Below, in pieces: positions 1 to 7,331 of a stretch of DNA of 45,655 nucleotides. Within the stretch, counting starts at the first letter, position 1. Each line of letters opens with the position of its first letter. The stretch spans positions 1-45,655 of the forward strand of contig CALVUG010000004.1 in the NCBI GenBank assembly GCA_944363535.1. Direction: 5' to 3'. The notes under the pieces are model-generated. The model did no database searches and had not been told where the DNA came from. It saw only the letters and a program-made list of their open reading frames with translations. The stretch is from an uncultured Bacilli bacterium (GTDB lineage Bacteria > Bacillota_I > Bacilli_A > RFN20 > CAG-826). A program made the translations under genes and the position numbers.

Positions 1-255
1 GATGCATTGCATCTTTCTTATACATTATTTAATAAACACCTACGGAAAAATTCTTGTGTTGCTACGGAAAACGGGAGACTAATAATTGAGTGTCGTTCAT
101 ATTTCGTACCTACATTTTTTAAAAAGCTGTTTTAATAATACAAAAATAAGGCAAAACGAGGTGGAAATACCCATTTTTACCTATTTTTTTGTAATTTTAT
201 CGAAAATTAAAACAATCGCATTAAAAAACGGGGAACTCAAAGTAATGAAACGTCG

Positions 256-286
256 TTGACAAATATGAACGGGGGGGGGGTATTAT
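256..286 (+). promoter_or_regulatory. sigma70-type promoter with poly-G (G10) tract in the spacer
   Basis: TTGACA at 256-261, then AATATGAAC + G10 (271-280), then TATTAT at 281-286; spacer 19 bp; 36 bp upstream of the ATG at 323, with GAAAGGT at 304-310. Confidence 0.7.
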
Positions 287-322
287 ATTTATGATTTGTT
301 GATGAAAGGTCTTAATTAATAT

Positions 323-916
323 ATGTCCATAGAAGTTATTAAGTTGAATTGTCCTGGCTGTGGCGCGCCGGTATCAATTTCACAAAAAGAATGCGAATAT
401 TGTCATTCGCCTATTAATATTTCTACTTTTAATTCAGTCGCGGACATGTCTCTTTCTTTAATGAACAAATATGCCGGTAGTTATAAAAAAACTTTAGACG
501 CTCATCCGGATGATAAAGACGTGAATGCCTCGATGGGAATGATATATTTGAAACTTAAACTTTTTGATAAAGCTCTCGCCTGTTTTGAAATTGCTATGCA
601 AGATAATTTTGATAATGGAGATATTTTCTTCGCTGCCGCGATTGCGACTTTAAAAGGAAAAATTCCTTTCTTACATACGAAAGATGATATCGAAAAATGC
701 GAACAATATATTAATGCGGCGAATATGATTACTCCTAAAGGCATTTATTACGTTTTACTTAGTTATATAAAATACGATTATTACGAAAGAAAATATTTCG
801 ATACAGTTCCAAATTATTTGGAAACTTTATCGCAAGCAAAAGAATATGGCTACTCCGATATGGATGTAAATTCCTTGTTTGGCATGTTAGGAGTAGCGAG
901 ACCAAATTGGCTTTAA
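323..916 (+). CDS. Zinc-ribbon (CPGC...CEYC) plus TPR-repeat protein
   Basis: N-terminal CxxC-x12-CxxC; TPR-like helices MGMIYLKLKLFDKALACFEIAMQDNFDNGDIFFAAA; no TM segment. Confidence 0.75.
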   Translation: MSIEVIKLNCPGCGAPVSISQKECEYCHSPINISTFNSVADMSLSLMNKYAGSYKKTLDAHPDDKDVNASMGMIYLKLKLFDKALACFEIAMQDNFDNGDIFFAAAIATLKGKIPFLHTKDDIEKCEQYINAANMITPKGIYYVLLSYIKYDYYERKYFDTVPNYLETLSQAKEYGYSDMDVNSLFGMLGVARPNWL

Positions 917-952
917 AAGAGCAAAATCTTTTCTATATAGGAGGTATTATTT

Positions 953-1597
953 ATGGGCTTATTTGCTAGTCAAAAAGAAAAGAATTTAAAAGCTGGTCGC
1001 AGCAAAGAACAAAAACAAGTCATCGACTATTTCTTAGGAAAAGGTGGTTGTTTAGGTTTTGGAAAGCTTAACGACAAAAAATATGATGAACTTGTGAGCA
1101 AAGTCGTTCACGCGATCGACCACAAGAGTGAAGGTTTAAGAAAGATTGGTCTTGATCCAACACAAGTAAGTAAAGTAAAAGCTATTTCTTTTGAAGGTTA
1201 CAATTTTAGTGACAGAAATATTTTTACTAAACTTGGAAAAGATTTATTATGGCGTTCTTCTTCTTATCAAGTGACTTGGGTTTTCTTCACCGATGAAGAA
1301 TTATTCCTTTATCAATGGACGACGAATCTTGATGAAGATGGTAAGAAAGTTAGAACCGCTGAATATTTCTACAAAGATATCGTTAGCATCTACACTGAAA
1401 CTGGTTCAGAAGAACGTGAAGTTCTCAAGAGACGTGGTTTGACGACGAATATTTATCAAAGAATTCTTATGGATTACAATCAATTCATGATTGTTGTCCC
1501 AGGCGACAAATTAGCGATTTCTATCACTAATCCTGAAGCTTCTGAAAGATCGATTCAAGGTCTTAAGGCTTTAGTAAGAGAAAGAAAAGCTAAATAG
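953..1597 (+). CDS. Conserved hypothetical soluble protein, possibly PH-like beta fold in the C-terminal half
   Basis: Strong RBS AGGAGGT upstream; beta-rich segment YQVTWVFFTDEELFLYQW...EYFYKDIVSI ending in a helix (ERSIQGLKALVRERK); fold call is inference. Confidence 0.6.
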   Translation: MGLFASQKEKNLKAGRSKEQKQVIDYFLGKGGCLGFGKLNDKKYDELVSKVVHAIDHKSEGLRKIGLDPTQVSKVKAISFEGYNFSDRNIFTKLGKDLLWRSSSYQVTWVFFTDEELFLYQWTTNLDEDGKKVRTAEYFYKDIVSIYTETGSEEREVLKRRGLTTNIYQRILMDYNQFMIVVPGDKLAISITNPEASERSIQGLKALVRERKAK

Positions 1598-1603
1598 TTA
1601 GTT

Positions 1604-2077
1604 ATGAAGTTTGATAAGCAAGAACATGATTTTGTCTTCAAATATGTTTTAAATCATCCTCTAAGTAGACCTAACACTACACTTACTAAATGTATTTGTT
1701 ATATTATCTTGTTCTTGCTTTTTATCGTTTCATTAGGAGTGGGATTTTATTTCTTATTGAAGAACAGCAATTTTTTAAGTCCCGCTCTTAATGAGCTATT
1801 AAATGAAAATGTTGTCTTAAGCATTTTTATTATCACTCTTATTATCGGTAGTTATACTTTCTTGATTTTATCTCCGTCTATCATCACGGGGCTCGTCCAT
1901 CTTTATCAGCATTACGCTAAAACTGATCGGCGAAGAAAATGTAATTTTAAGCCAACTTGTTCGGAATATGCTTTATTAGCGATAAAAAAATATGGCGTTA
2001 TTCTCGCTTTAATAAAAATTATTCATCGTGTCTATTTCCGTTGTCGTGGTTCGATTTGTCGCATCGATTATCCTTAG
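1604..2077 (+). CDS. YidD-like (Haemolytic domain) protein with two N-terminal TM helices
   Basis: C-terminal HLYQHYA...CNFKPTCSEYALLAIKKYGV...RC matches the YidD CRFxPTCSxYA motif; two hydrophobic stretches at about aa 30-52 and 70-98. Confidence 0.75.
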   Translation: MKFDKQEHDFVFKYVLNHPLSRPNTTLTKCICYIILFLLFIVSLGVGFYFLLKNSNFLSPALNELLNENVVLSIFIITLIIGSYTFLILSPSIITGLVHLYQHYAKTDRRRKCNFKPTCSEYALLAIKKYGVILALIKIIHRVYFRCRGSICRIDYP

Positions 2078-2097
2078 AAAGGAAGGAGAAATAATTT

Positions 2098-3153
2098 ATG
2101 TCATTATTTAAACGTAGTGAAGTGAAAAAAACTTGGACTGAAGTCATTAAAAATGATTCTTCGCCTGATTATTTAATAAATTTGTATCCAAGCGAAGATT
2201 TCAATACGAATTCAACTTTAATTGTGCAGCCAGGCGAAGAAGCCATCTTCGTCGATGGAGGTATAATTAAGCAAGTATTCAGTAATGGCACTTATAAATT
2301 ATCGACGAAAAATTATCCTTTTATCACTAGTCTAAGAAACTTATTTTCTGGTGGTGTTTCCATTTTTAATTGCCGTGTCTACTTCGTTAGAACCACACAC
2401 AGTGTAGAAATTAAATGGGGAACGGATTCACCTATTCAAGTAAGAGATAAATTGTTAGGCATCGCGACGAAAATCAAATGTCGTGGAGCTTACAAAGTGC
2501 AAATAAAAAATCCTCAATTATTTTTGGAAAAATTAATTGGCAACAACATGGATTTTGAGTCTGAAGTTGGTCTAAATAAATACTTTATTAGTCAATTCCA
2601 ATCTAAGATTAAATCAGTTATCGCTCGCGCTTTACTAGAATCGAATATGGAACTTTTAGGAATCGATGCAAGACTCGATGAATTTAGTGAAATTATCGAA
2701 CCTTACATGGATGAAATTTTAAAAGAGTACGGCTTAACATGTACGCGTTTCGTCGTCAGCGCTTTAGATTTAGAAGATGATGAATTGCGACGTAAATATG
2801 ATGAGATTGGCATGGAAACAATTGCCAAGTTGAGACATGCACAGGCTGATAAAGCGGTCTTTGAGACGTTAGGTGATAATTGGCAAAGACAAAGACAAGC
2901 CGAAATTTTAAAAGCGGCAGCAGAAAATGAAGGTAGCGGTGGTGGAGCCGGTATCGGAGTGGGTTTAGGTGCAGGCTTAGGCATGTTTAATGCGATGCAA
3001 AATAATAACTCTAATAATATGGGTTTAGATAAGCCTAAAGGCAATGATGATGTCGCTACAAAACTTCAAACATTAAAAACTTTATTTGACCAAGGCTTGA
3101 TCGATAAAGATGAATATGACGCGAAAAGAAAGGAACTTTTAGCAAAATTATGA
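2098..3153 (+). CDS. SPFH/Band-7 protein of the YdjI (virion-core-like) type with C-terminal SHOCT domain
   Basis: STLIVQPGEEAIFV...GTYKLSTKNYP...VYFV...IKWGT pattern; Gly-rich linker GSGGGAGIGVGLGAGLGM; C-terminal KLQTLKTLFDQGLIDKDEYDAKRKELL (SHOCT). Confidence 0.85.
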   Translation: MSLFKRSEVKKTWTEVIKNDSSPDYLINLYPSEDFNTNSTLIVQPGEEAIFVDGGIIKQVFSNGTYKLSTKNYPFITSLRNLFSGGVSIFNCRVYFVRTTHSVEIKWGTDSPIQVRDKLLGIATKIKCRGAYKVQIKNPQLFLEKLIGNNMDFESEVGLNKYFISQFQSKIKSVIARALLESNMELLGIDARLDEFSEIIEPYMDEILKEYGLTCTRFVVSALDLEDDELRRKYDEIGMETIAKLRHAQADKAVFETLGDNWQRQRQAEILKAAAENEGSGGGAGIGVGLGAGLGMFNAMQNNNSNNMGLDKPKGNDDVATKLQTLKTLFDQGLIDKDEYDAKRKELLAKL

Positions 3154-3839
3154 AACTAAAAAATAAGATTTTAATTGCTACAATCGTATTAGATTTAGTG
3201 TTTATTGTTGTTTTTAATCTTTGTTTCTTTTTAATTGCAGGAACAATCCACACAGAGTCTACTTGGGTAGCGTATGCTTTTATTCATGTTTCTTACTTAT
3301 CTTTAATTTTAATTCCGCTATTAAAAACAAAAACGATGGGAAGTCATATTTATCAAATGACCTACTATGTTGTTGGTGTCATCTACTTTATTGCATCTTT
3401 TATCGCTAATATCGTGTTCTTATGTTTGGAATTAATTGATATCGTTCCTTCTATTACTACGAATGCAGTGCTATTTGGTTTATATTTAATCCTTTTCATA
3501 ACGTTTTACATCTTCAATGAAAAAAGTGCAGAGCAAGAAAGAATTGATCATAAAGAAGCAAGAGTTGTTAAAAATTATGCAGGTCGCATCGCTAGGCTCA
3601 TCGAAGTAGTGGAAGATAGAGACGTTAAAAGACAACTTCAAAATATTCACGATGAAATTCATTCTTTGCCTAGCCAAGAAGCACTTGGTACGCGTACGTA
3701 TGATATTAAAATTGATAATGCCATCGACGAATTAATGCTAGCGGTAAGTGAACAAAATAACGATGAAATCGTTAAACTTTGTAAGAAAATCCATCTTCTA
3801 TTAATTGAAAGAGATGCTTATAGGAAGGAAGAATATTAA
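3150..3839 (+). CDS. Membrane protein, about 4 TM plus C-terminal cytoplasmic helical domain
   Basis: Four hydrophobic segments in aa 1-122, then charged amphipathic helices; ATGA overlap with the SPFH stop codon (translational coupling). Confidence 0.7.
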   Translation: MKLKNKILIATIVLDLVFIVVFNLCFFLIAGTIHTESTWVAYAFIHVSYLSLILIPLLKTKTMGSHIYQMTYYVVGVIYFIASFIANIVFLCLELIDIVPSITTNAVLFGLYLILFITFYIFNEKSAEQERIDHKEARVVKNYAGRIARLIEVVEDRDVKRQLQNIHDEIHSLPSQEALGTRTYDIKIDNAIDELMLAVSEQNNDEIVKLCKKIHLLLIERDAYRKEEY

Positions 3840-3841
3840 TT

Positions 3842-4321
3842 ATGATTTCAGAACTTATTAGCACAATAATAGAAAATAAGAAAATCCATCTTTTATTATT
3901 TGGTTTATGGACAATAATCATATCATACTTTTGTAGGGGTGTTATTATTTCATCTAACTTTCATCTAGGTATAATAATTCTTCTTGCTGGATTCATTTTA
4001 GTTCTTCTGTTGACTGTTTTTTACATAATTAGATTTGGTCTTGAAAAGAAGTGGCTCGCTTTTGTTCTTGTCGGCTGTCTCATTAGCTTTTATCTCTCTA
4101 TGTTTTTAACTACTTTTTTATCCATCGATCCAGTTTATCTTCCACTTATTTCGCTAGGCGCGATGGGTATAGTTCTTATCTCTTACGTTGTGGTTAATCA
4201 CTTTTCTACACAAGAAAATTTGATTCCAACGTTCATTATTTTCTTCTTAACTGCCGCCATTTTTATTGGCCTTGCTTACTCATTATTATTTACTGTTGGT
4301 TTTCCATTACCGGTTTTTTAG
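3842..4321 (+). CDS. Small polytopic membrane protein (about 5 TM), paralog A
   Basis: Almost entirely hydrophobic; starts 2 nt after the upstream stop; shares MxSxLIxxIxENxK and YLPLI with the next gene. Confidence 0.65.
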   Translation: MISELISTIIENKKIHLLLFGLWTIIISYFCRGVIISSNFHLGIIILLAGFILVLLLTVFYIIRFGLEKKWLAFVLVGCLISFYLSMFLTTFLSIDPVYLPLISLGAMGIVLISYVVVNHFSTQENLIPTFIIFFLTAAIFIGLAYSLLFTVGFPLPVF

Positions 4322-4332
4322 ATGAATAAAAT

Positions 4333-4392
4333 TGTAAGAAAATTCATCTTCTTCTCGTGAAAAGAGATGCTTATAGAAAGAAAGGATATTAA
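4333..4392 (+). pseudogene. Duplicated relic of the 3' end of the 229-aa gene
   Basis: Reads CKKIHLLLVKRDAYRKKGY* versus CKKIHLLLIERDAYRKEEY* at 3780-3839; about 51 of 61 aligned bases identical by hand count. Confidence 0.8.
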
Positions 4393-4396
4393 ATTT

Positions 4397-4933
4397 ATGT
4401 TATCAGGACTTATTGGATCTATTTTAGAAAATAGAAAATTAAATATTATAATTGTTTTGTCACTTATCTCATTAATTTTTTATTTTATTTGGCCAGTCAT
4501 CTTTAATCTGATTTGGCCAGTCATCTTTAATTCGGCAAGTGAATTTATTTATTTATTGCTATTTCTTATTATTGTACCAGAAATCTTTGCGATTCCTGCT
4601 GGGATTTCTATTCATTTTTTAAAACGCTCCGGGGAAAATACGCTTTGGTATGTATATTTCGCTTTCGCTACTGTAATATTTTTTATTCCAGCGTTTATAG
4701 GCGCGACGTTATTTTATATGGTGCCTAATTTTCCAAATATGTATTTACCTTTAATTTATCTTGCTGGATACGTTGTAAATTTTTTACTTTATTTTGCGTT
4801 CAATATGGCTACTGATAGGGACCCTATGGGGCCAGTCATCGTTGTATTTGCGGGCCTCGTGGTCGTTTCTATGGTGGCAGCGTTTATCGCTTTATTTGCT
4901 TTTAATTACCCAGGTTTCTTTTTAGATGAATAA
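4397..4933 (+). CDS. Small polytopic membrane protein (about 5 TM), paralog B
   Basis: Start moved from 4367 to the ATG at 4397 because it aligns with the start of paralog A (MLSGLIGSILENRKL vs MISELISTIIENKKI). Confidence 0.65.
   Translation: MLSGLIGSILENRKLNIIIVLSLISLIFYFIWPVIFNLIWPVIFNSASEFIYLLLFLIIVPEIFAIPAGISIHFLKRSGENTLWYVYFAFATVIFFIPAFIGATLFYMVPNFPNMYLPLIYLAGYVVNFLLYFAFNMATDRDPMGPVIVVFAGLVVVSMVAAFIALFAFNYPGFFLDE
4487..4531 (+). repeat. In-frame tandem repeat, 24-bp period (21 bp perfect)
   Basis: ATTTGGCCAGTCATCTTTAAT at 4487-4507 and 4511-4531; encodes IWPVIFNL IWPVIFNS. Confidence 0.9.
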
Positions 4934-5912
4934 AAATGTAAGAATAATCGTATCTTCTGTTATCAGTCTAGTCGTCTTTGCTGTCGTCTTTGCTATCATA
5001 TTTTCTGTGTTTAATTCAAATGATTCACCTAAACCTCCCATCAATACACAATTGGGTGTAGTGGATAATATTGAATATGATAAAGATACGAACATCTTAT
5101 CGTGGGAAGAAATTGATTTTGCTGATTCATACAATGTAAGCATTAATGATAAAGTTGAAAGCGTAAATGAAACTTACTACACTGTTGATGTCGATCCAAG
5201 CATCACTTATTACATCGTAAAAATTCAAGCTTGTGATTCAACTGGAACATACTTATCATCTGAATGGTCAAAACCCTTTGAAATAACATTGACAAAGCAA
5301 GAAAGTCTTGTAAGTGCTGTTAATGAGTTTGCTGAAAGTATCCCTAGTGATGCCTATACAATGCATAATGTAGTAAGCATACACGCGGATGGAAGTCATC
5401 TATTTACTACTGCCGTCTATGAGAGAATGGGAAAAGACTATATTTTGACATATGATACAGACTGTGGAGAAACCATCACAAGTCTAGAAGAAGCACTTAA
5501 AACTCAGAACGTAAATGAAAAAACATACACAGATTCAAAAAATCTTGCAAAACACTATGACACTGCATCATCATTCTTGGCAAGAAGTGAATATAGCGAG
5601 CAAATTCAAGCGTTGGCAGATCAACAATATGATTTAAGTTTTGTAACAAGTCAGGCATATGAAATTACAAGTAATACAATAGGCTTAAAAGGAATATTAA
5701 AGGCTACAAAAGGAAATGAAAGCGATTATTATTCAATTGATTTAGAAATAGGCGTCGGAGATTTTACTAATGAAACTTATAAGTACACGAATGCCGTAGA
5801 GGATGTAATACAAAAAGGTATTATGGAGCACACTTTCGTTGAACTTACTGGGGATTTTAAAGAATATGCCCAACAAGTTGAGGAGATGCAAGCATCACAA
5901 AATAGCAATTAA
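4926..5912 (+). CDS. Membrane-anchored extracellular protein with fibronectin type III-like domain
   Basis: N-terminal TM/signal anchor; VDNIEYD..NILSWEEIDFADSYNVSIN...YYIVKIQACD...SSEWS is an FN3-like pattern; acidic composition. Confidence 0.6.
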   Translation: MNKNVRIIVSSVISLVVFAVVFAIIFSVFNSNDSPKPPINTQLGVVDNIEYDKDTNILSWEEIDFADSYNVSINDKVESVNETYYTVDVDPSITYYIVKIQACDSTGTYLSSEWSKPFEITLTKQESLVSAVNEFAESIPSDAYTMHNVVSIHADGSHLFTTAVYERMGKDYILTYDTDCGETITSLEEALKTQNVNEKTYTDSKNLAKHYDTASSFLARSEYSEQIQALADQQYDLSFVTSQAYEITSNTIGLKGILKATKGNESDYYSIDLEIGVGDFTNETYKYTNAVEDVIQKGIMEHTFVELTGDFKEYAQQVEEMQASQNSN

Positions 5913-6101
5913 TGCAACATTAAGTGCTTAGATTGCTTCAAAGAGATGAAAGAAAGTAGCAGTGTTTATACACCTTATTTTATGTTCATTTTCACAAATT
6001 GATATTTGATTTTAATTGGACTAACTCATAATCCTTATAATTTTTAATTAATTAAATAAAACGTTTATGTCATAATAATTATTACAAGGAGAACTATCCC
6101 C

Positions 6102-7331
6102 ATGAAAGATTATTTGAAAGAAGCGGAAGAGGCTTACACTCCTCTTTTAGCTATCGAAGAAGCAAGTAGGTGCTTGCTATGTTTAGACGCCCCATGCTCT
6201 AAGAATTGTCCCGCTGGAACAGACCCCGCTAGATTTATTCGTGCCTTACGTTTTTTAAATGAAAAAGGTGCAGCGGAAGTTATTCGTGAAAATAACGCTT
6301 TAGGGGCCATATGTGCAAGAGTGTGTCCACAAGAAAAATATTGTAAATTAGGTTGTTCAAGAAGTGGTATTGATAAACCAATTGAAATTGGCAAGATTCA
6401 ACGTTACATCACTGATTTTGAAGCTAATTTAAAGATGGAAATTTTAAGGAAGCCAGAAGTAGAATTAAAACAAAAGGTTGCCATCATTGGTTCTGGTCCT
6501 GGTGGTTTAGAACTTGCGGCTTTATTGCGTATGAAAGGTTATCAAGTGACAATCTTTGAAAAAGATGAAAAACTTGGTGGTTATCTAAGATATGGCATTC
6601 CTTCATATCGTTTACCAAATGATGTCTTAGATTTAGAAATTAAGCGTATCTTAGATTTAGGTGTTAAAAATTTAGTGAATCATCCAGTGGACGATGATGA
6701 ATTTAAGAAATTAAAAGAAGAATATGACGCGGTCGTCGTTGGAACTGGTTACGAATTAGCGAAAACATTGCCAATGTTTGAAGATGACCCACATGTCGAA
6801 CTTGCGACTCAATTTTTAAAAAGAGCGAAAAATGAAGGTGGCGATATCGATGTCTATAGCGATACATTAGTCATTGGCGGTGGGGACGTGGCCATGGATG
6901 TCGTTACAACTTTAAAGCGCATTGGAACACCGCGTGTCATCGATGTCGTCTATGAAGAATTTAATGAATTTAGAGCCAGTCAAAAAGAATTGAATGAAGC
7001 TAGAGCATTAAACGTATCCATCATTGATGGTTATGTTCCAATGAGTTACGATGGCAAAGTAGTAACATTTAAACATCGTCATTTACCAAGCGTTATATCG
7101 ATTGAACCTAAACATATCATCTTAGCGGTAGGACAAGTCGTTAGACCACAATTTGATTTAGATTACAATCTAGGTGAAGTAGTGACCAATAATTACCGCG
7201 TCGGTGACTCTAATGTGTTTGTCGTCGGTGATATCGCTAAAGGCGATAAAACAGTCGTTGGGGCAGTTAAAACTGCAAAAGAGGCGGCTTACTTTATCGA
7301 TTCATATTTAACGAAAGCGAGGGAAAAATAA
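6102..7331 (+). CDS. preT: Dihydropyrimidine dehydrogenase subunit A (FAD, 2x[4Fe-4S])
   Basis: [15 protein letters not shown]...[11 protein letters not shown] Fe-S domain; GSGPGG; GGGDVAMDV; overlaps the preA start codon. Confidence 0.88.
   Translation: MKDYLKEAEEAYTPLLAIEEASRCLLCLDAPCSKNCPAGTDPARFIRALRFLNEKGAAEVIRENNALGAICARVCPQEKYCKLGCSRSGIDKPIEIGKIQRYITDFEANLKMEILRKPEVELKQKVAIIGSGPGGLELAALLRMKGYQVTIFEKDEKLGGYLRYGIPSYRLPNDVLDLEIKRILDLGVKNLVNHPVDDDEFKKLKEEYDAVVVGTGYELAKTLPMFEDDPHVELATQFLKRAKNEGGDIDVYSDTLVIGGGDVAMDVVTTLKRIGTPRVIDVVYEEFNEFRASQKELNEARALNVSIIDGYVPMSYDGKVVTFKHRHLPSVISIEPKHIILAVGQVVRPQFDLDYNLGEVVTNNYRVGDSNVFVVGDIAKGDKTVVGAVKTAKEAAYFIDSYLTKAREK

Noticed and set aside
1-19. GATGC-ATT-GCATC hairpin plus TTTCTT at the window edge
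   Set aside because: It may be a truncated upstream terminator, but the stem is short and the context is cut off.
4322-4360. 12-aa mini-ORF MNKIVRKFIFFS
   Set aside because: It is explained as the duplication junction chimera (FN3 start fused out of frame to the 229-aa gene end).
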